Below, one piece after another: positions 63,916-64,000 of a stretch of 64,000 nucleotides of DNA; within the stretch, counting starts at the first letter, position 1; each line of letters opens with the position of its first letter. Below the pieces are notes generated by a model. That model was not told where the DNA came from. It saw only the letters and a list, made by a program, of their open reading frames with translations, and made no database searches. The stretch comes from the human T2T-CHM13v2.0 reference genome, Homo sapiens. The stretch lies in NCBI RefSeq assembly GCF_009914755.1, contig NC_060939.1; one strand, 5' to 3'. A program made the position numbers and the translations under genes.

Positions 63916-64000
63916 CATCACTTCACCCCATCATTTCATCTCATTTCATCATTTCATCTCATCATTTTATCCCATCATTTCATCTCATTCCATCTCACCT
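63916..64000. repeat. Start of a degenerate CATTT/CATCT/CAT pentamer-like satellite (HSat2/3-related simple repeat), truncated by window edge
   Basis: CATCATTTCATCTCATTTCATCATTTCATCTCATC...; only ~85 bp visible. Confidence 0.6.

Overview
Primate, almost certainly human, genomic DNA (a consensus-perfect AluYa5 is present). There is no intact protein-coding gene: nearly all listed ORFs are Alu, L1 or satellite read-throughs. The window looks like a mosaic pericentromeric segmental duplication (inference). (1) 1-22.7 kb is an Alu/MIR/L2-dense block with a 7SL pseudogene. (2) 23.1-24.8 kb is a tandem array of one truncated Alu. It runs straight into (3) a ~10.3 kb strand-asymmetric GGCT/GGCTT satellite with a ~2.4 kb higher-order period. 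(4) 35-46 kb is packed with unrelated tandem arrays (AT ~28-mer, ~240-mer, ~180-mer, L1-derived 158-mer) plus direct and inverted local duplications. (5) 48-56 kb holds ERVL/LTR remnants and an intron-containing, disabled RALGDS/RGL4-like pseudogene that the ORF track does not reveal. (6) 56-64 kb is AT-rich L1 DNA ending in a CATTTC/CATCT satellite-like repeat. The most notable observations are the hidden RALGDS-like pseudogene and the cluster of tandem arrays grown from different substrates. Repeat-family and protein homology calls are from memory of consensus sequences and need database confirmation.
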